From NCBI GenBank assembly GCA_963727455.1, contig CAVSGG010000017.1, positions 64,001 through 128,000 on the forward strand: 64,000 nt of DNA. Direction: 5' to 3'. This DNA is from Candidatus Krumholzibacteriota bacterium (GTDB lineage Bacteria > Krumholzibacteriota > Krumholzibacteriia > JAJRXK01). Below are positions 60,907-64,000 of the stretch, piece after piece. Position 1 is the first letter of the stretch. Every line of letters starts with the position of its first letter. The notes below the pieces were generated by a model. The model saw nothing but the letters and a program-made list of their open reading frames with translations, did no database searches and was not told the DNA's origin. A program made the translations under genes and the position numbers.

Positions 60907-61721
60907 GTCGCGTGGCGATCGCGGTTCTGCAGTTTCCCGGCCTCAACTGCGAGACCGAAACGCTGCGCGAACTCACTCGCGCCGGGGTACAGCCTGCCCT
61001 GGTGCGCTGGAATTCGGGCTCCGCGCATCTTTCGCGCTATGCCGGCTTCGTCATTCCCGGAGGGTTCTCCTACCAGGACCGCATTCGTGCCGGCGCCATC
61101 GCCGCGAAGTCCCCTCTGTTGGAGGAAGTCGTGCGCGAGGTGGAGAAGGGAAAGCCCATTCTTGGCATCTGCAACGGCGCGCAGATACTGGTCGAGGCGG
61201 GTTTGGTGCCGGGGGAGGAGGCGGGCCGAATCGACCTGTGTCTCGCTCCCAACAAGGTCAAGGGTTGGAGCGGTTACCACGCGCGTTGGGTCTTCGTGAA
61301 ACCCGATTCGCATTCCTGCTTCTTTACCGAGAATTTGCACGAGCCATTTCCCGTCGTGGTGGCCCACGGCGAGGGACGCTTCACCACCCAAGATCACAAG
61401 CTGTGGGATTCGCTGCGTGAGCGCGGGCGTTTCGCCCTGCGCTACTGCAGCCCCGAGGGCGAGAGCGCACGCGGCTTTCCGGAGAACCCCAACGGTGTCG
61501 TGGACGACGTGGCGGGCATGTCCGGTCTGGACGGCCAGGTCCTGGCCTTCATGCCCCATCCCGAGCGGGCCTCCCTCCTGTGGCAGCTTCCGGAGGACCT
61601 GCCGGGGGTCTGGGGGGAGCGGCGGCGGGCCGCTGCGGGAAGCCGGGAGCAGCTGCAGGCGGAGGGGCCGGGACGCGCGCTCCTGGCGGCCTTTTGCCGG
61701 CTGAAAGGGAGGAACACCTGA
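60903..61721 (+). CDS. purQ: FGAM synthase glutaminase subunit
   Basis: FPGLNCE, PGGFSYQD, GICNG, AHGEG, MPHPER. Confidence 0.95.
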   Translation: MSRVAIAVLQFPGLNCETETLRELTRAGVQPALVRWNSGSAHLSRYAGFVIPGGFSYQDRIRAGAIAAKSPLLEEVVREVEKGKPILGICNGAQILVEAGLVPGEEAGRIDLCLAPNKVKGWSGYHARWVFVKPDSHSCFFTENLHEPFPVVVAHGEGRFTTQDHKLWDSLRERGRFALRYCSPEGESARGFPENPNGVVDDVAGMSGLDGQVLAFMPHPERASLLWQLPEDLPGVWGERRRAAAGSREQLQAEGPGRALLAAFCRLKGRNT

Positions 61722-62368
61722 TGCAGCCCTTGGTCTTCCTGCTCCGCCGCAGGGCGGTGGACCTGGTCGCGGTCTCGGCCGCGGCCGCGCTGCGCGATGC
61801 GCTGGGCCTGGGCGAGCGTCTCCGCGCGCTACGCCGCGATGACGGCCACTCACTCGAGAATCTGAATCAAGGTAGCCAGGAAGAGTGGCTGCAGGCCTGC
61901 GTGAATCGGGCCTCGTGGTTCAATCCCAATACCCATCGGCACGCGCTCTTCCAGGCTGCGCCGGGAGCGCACGCCGCGGCGCTGCAAGGGGAATCCTGGC
62001 CAAAGCCGTGGCTCGGCCAGCTACTGGGCAGCGATCGCGCCGAACTGGCCAAGCCGAGAAGCTGCGACGATCTTGATGCCTGGCTCTCACTTCCCCGCGA
62101 GCGGGATTGTTACCGCGTGAGTTTGGTTGCCTTCGACAGCGAGGAACCGGTTCGCTCCCTGCCCAGAGGGCATTGGCCCGATCCCGCGGGTCGAGTACTC
62201 GCTTTTCAGCTGTGGACCCTCTCGCTCGCCGCGCCCGACGCGGACGCGGCCTATGATCTGGCACTCGAGGTTTCCGTGGCTCGCTCGCGCGATCGCGGAC
62301 TACTCATTCATCCGCACCGTGAACGCTGGGCTCTGGCCACCCCCGTCGCGGTCCTTTGGGAGGAATGA
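61721..62368 (+). CDS. Hypothetical protein, possibly a divergent tandem PurS
   Basis: Translationally coupled to purQ and purF; PurS-like segments ending FNPNTH and LLIHPHRE. Confidence 0.55.
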   Translation: MQPLVFLLRRRAVDLVAVSAAAALRDALGLGERLRALRRDDGHSLENLNQGSQEEWLQACVNRASWFNPNTHRHALFQAAPGAHAAALQGESWPKPWLGQLLGSDRAELAKPRSCDDLDAWLSLPRERDCYRVSLVAFDSEEPVRSLPRGHWPDPAGRVLAFQLWTLSLAAPDADAAYDLALEVSVARSRDRGLLIHPHRERWALATPVAVLWEE

Positions 62369-63807
62369 TCTTGCGAGAATTGGCACACGAGGACCGACTG
62401 CGCGAGGAATGCGGCGTGATGGCCGTGGTGGGCCATCCCGACGCGCCGCGTTTGTGCGCACTCGGTCTGGCCGCCCTGCAGCACCGGGGCCAGGAGTCGG
62501 CGGGAATTGCGGCAGCCGACGGCCACGTCGTCGTCTCGCACAAGGCCATGGGATATGTCAGCGACGCGCTTCGGGACGAGGACGTCGCCCGGCTGAAAGG
62601 ACATCTGGCCATCGGCCACGTGCGCTATTCGACGACCGGGTCCTCCAACTTGATGAATGCGCAACCCATTCACGTCACCTACAAACGCGGCAGTTTGGCG
62701 ATCGCGCACAACGGTAATCTGGTGAATGCGGCCGGCCTGCGCCGGGCGATGGAGGATCAGGGCTCGATCTTCAACACTACGAACGACAGCGAGGTGATTC
62801 TCCATCTCATCGCCCGCTCCCAGGCCGAGACGCTCCAGCAGGCCTGTCGGGAGGCCCTGGACAAAGTGGAGGGCGCTTACTCGCTGCTCATCATCGACCC
62901 CGAATCCGTGATCGTGGCGCGCGATCCGCGCGGGTTCCGCCCTCTTTGTCTGGGACGTCTGGATGGGGCCTGGGTTGCTGCCAGCGAGAGCTGTGCGCTA
63001 GACATGATCTCAGCCAGCTACGAGCGCGAGGTCGAGCCGGGCGAGATGGTGATTCTGGACTCCCGCGGTCAGATCCAGAGCGTGCGCTGGACCGAAGAGC
63101 GTCCCGCCAGCATGTGCATCTTCGAGTACGTCTACTTCGCTCGCCCGGACAGCCAGATCTACGGGCGCAGCGTCAACGCGGTGCGGCGTCGCATGGGGGA
63201 GGTGTTGGGAGGCGAGGCTCCGGTCGAGGCCGATGTCGTGATCGGTGTACCCGATTCCTCCAACACCGCTTCCTTGGGCTACAGTCAGGTCACGCAGATT
63301 CCCTGGGAGCTCGGGCTCATCCGCAACCACTACGTGGGACGCACCTTTATCCGTCCCTCCCAGGAGGTTCGCGACTTTTCGGTGCGCAAGAAGTACAACC
63401 CGGTCGGCCACGTGCTGAAGGGCCAACGCGTGGTGGTGGTGGACGACTCGATCGTGCGCGGAACCACCATGCGCAAGTTGGTCACCCTGATCCGCGGCGC
63501 GGGCGCGCGGGAAGTCCACCTGCGCATTTCCTCGCCGCCCATTACCCATTCCTGCTACTACGGGATCGACACTCCCGTGTCCAAGCACCTGATCGCTTCC
63601 TCACACAGCGTCGACGAGATCGCCCAGTACCTGCAGGTGGACAGTCTGGCCTACCTGAGCGTGGAGGGATTGATGTCGGCGGTGCGCAGCTCGGAGGGCT
63701 TCTGCCGGGCCTGCTTCACCGGGGAATACCCCGTGGCCCCGCCCGAATCGGCCTCGAAAGAGGTCTTTGAGGGTTCGCTAAGCCTCCCCGGCCCGGAGGC
63801 TGTCTGA
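62365..63807 (+). CDS. purF: Amidophosphoribosyltransferase (propeptide and Fe-S type)
   Basis: REE|CGV, LQHRGQE, GHVRYST, HNGN, VDDSIVRGTT; Cys ligands CIFE, CYYG, CRAC. Confidence 0.96.
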   Translation: MILRELAHEDRLREECGVMAVVGHPDAPRLCALGLAALQHRGQESAGIAAADGHVVVSHKAMGYVSDALRDEDVARLKGHLAIGHVRYSTTGSSNLMNAQPIHVTYKRGSLAIAHNGNLVNAAGLRRAMEDQGSIFNTTNDSEVILHLIARSQAETLQQACREALDKVEGAYSLLIIDPESVIVARDPRGFRPLCLGRLDGAWVAASESCALDMISASYEREVEPGEMVILDSRGQIQSVRWTEERPASMCIFEYVYFARPDSQIYGRSVNAVRRRMGEVLGGEAPVEADVVIGVPDSSNTASLGYSQVTQIPWELGLIRNHYVGRTFIRPSQEVRDFSVRKKYNPVGHVLKGQRVVVVDDSIVRGTTMRKLVTLIRGAGAREVHLRISSPPITHSCYYGIDTPVSKHLIASSHSVDEIAQYLQVDSLAYLSVEGLMSAVRSSEGFCRACFTGEYPVAPPESASKEVFEGSLSLPGPEAV

Positions 63808-64000
63808 GAATCTGGTCCCGCCGCTGCATTCTGCCTATCTTTCTGGCACCGAGGGCTCGATGGCCAGTCAGGTGATTCGCCCTCGCGAGCCGAGTTCCTC
63901 ACCGCCACAGTAGGGCCCTTTCCGCGACACGGTTGCGATGGTGGGTCCGATGCGCGGAGAATCTTGCTACAAGCCGGATTGCTAGGACCAGCTCCAGTAA

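Noticed and set aside
63808-64000. Terminal non-coding stretch with a GG-N10-GC at 63814-63827
   Set aside because: No downstream gene visible; no tRNA or ncRNA structure recognised

Overview
A gene-dense, GC-rich bacterial chromosome segment with about 50 CDS. I saw no rRNA, tRNA, CRISPR array or mobile element. Housekeeping genes (fabH, rnd, pfk, lipA, proS, pdxST, alaS, truA, purB-purL-purQ-purS-like-purF) are interspersed with envelope and secreted functions. These include two RND permeases, a small tetraheme cytochrome c, a cobalamin riboswitch controlling a btuB-like receptor plus a beta-propeller protein, a sigma54 two-component system with an unknown target operon, an M6 protease, a rearranged PNAG (pga/ica-like) operon and a PAPS synthetase/sulfotransferase pair. 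FlgD-Ig/T9SS-type C-terminal domains and a short 'SWGxIK' tail suggest an FCB-group lineage such as Krumholzibacteriota, Eisenbacteria or Latescibacterota (inference). Best novelty candidates: (1) a short C-terminal 'V-x-T-x3-S-[WI]-G-x-I-K-x2-[FY]' putative sorting tail on two unrelated secreted proteins, one a multiheme cytochrome; (2) a B12-regulated, CTD-bearing BtuG-like protein; (3) a complete sigma54 enhancer architecture driving a four-repeat helical periplasmic protein and an orphan beta-barrel; (4) a structured, switch-like leader of the PNAG operon. Homopolymer indels in purB point to local sequencing errors. All calls are from motif reading only; no searches were run.
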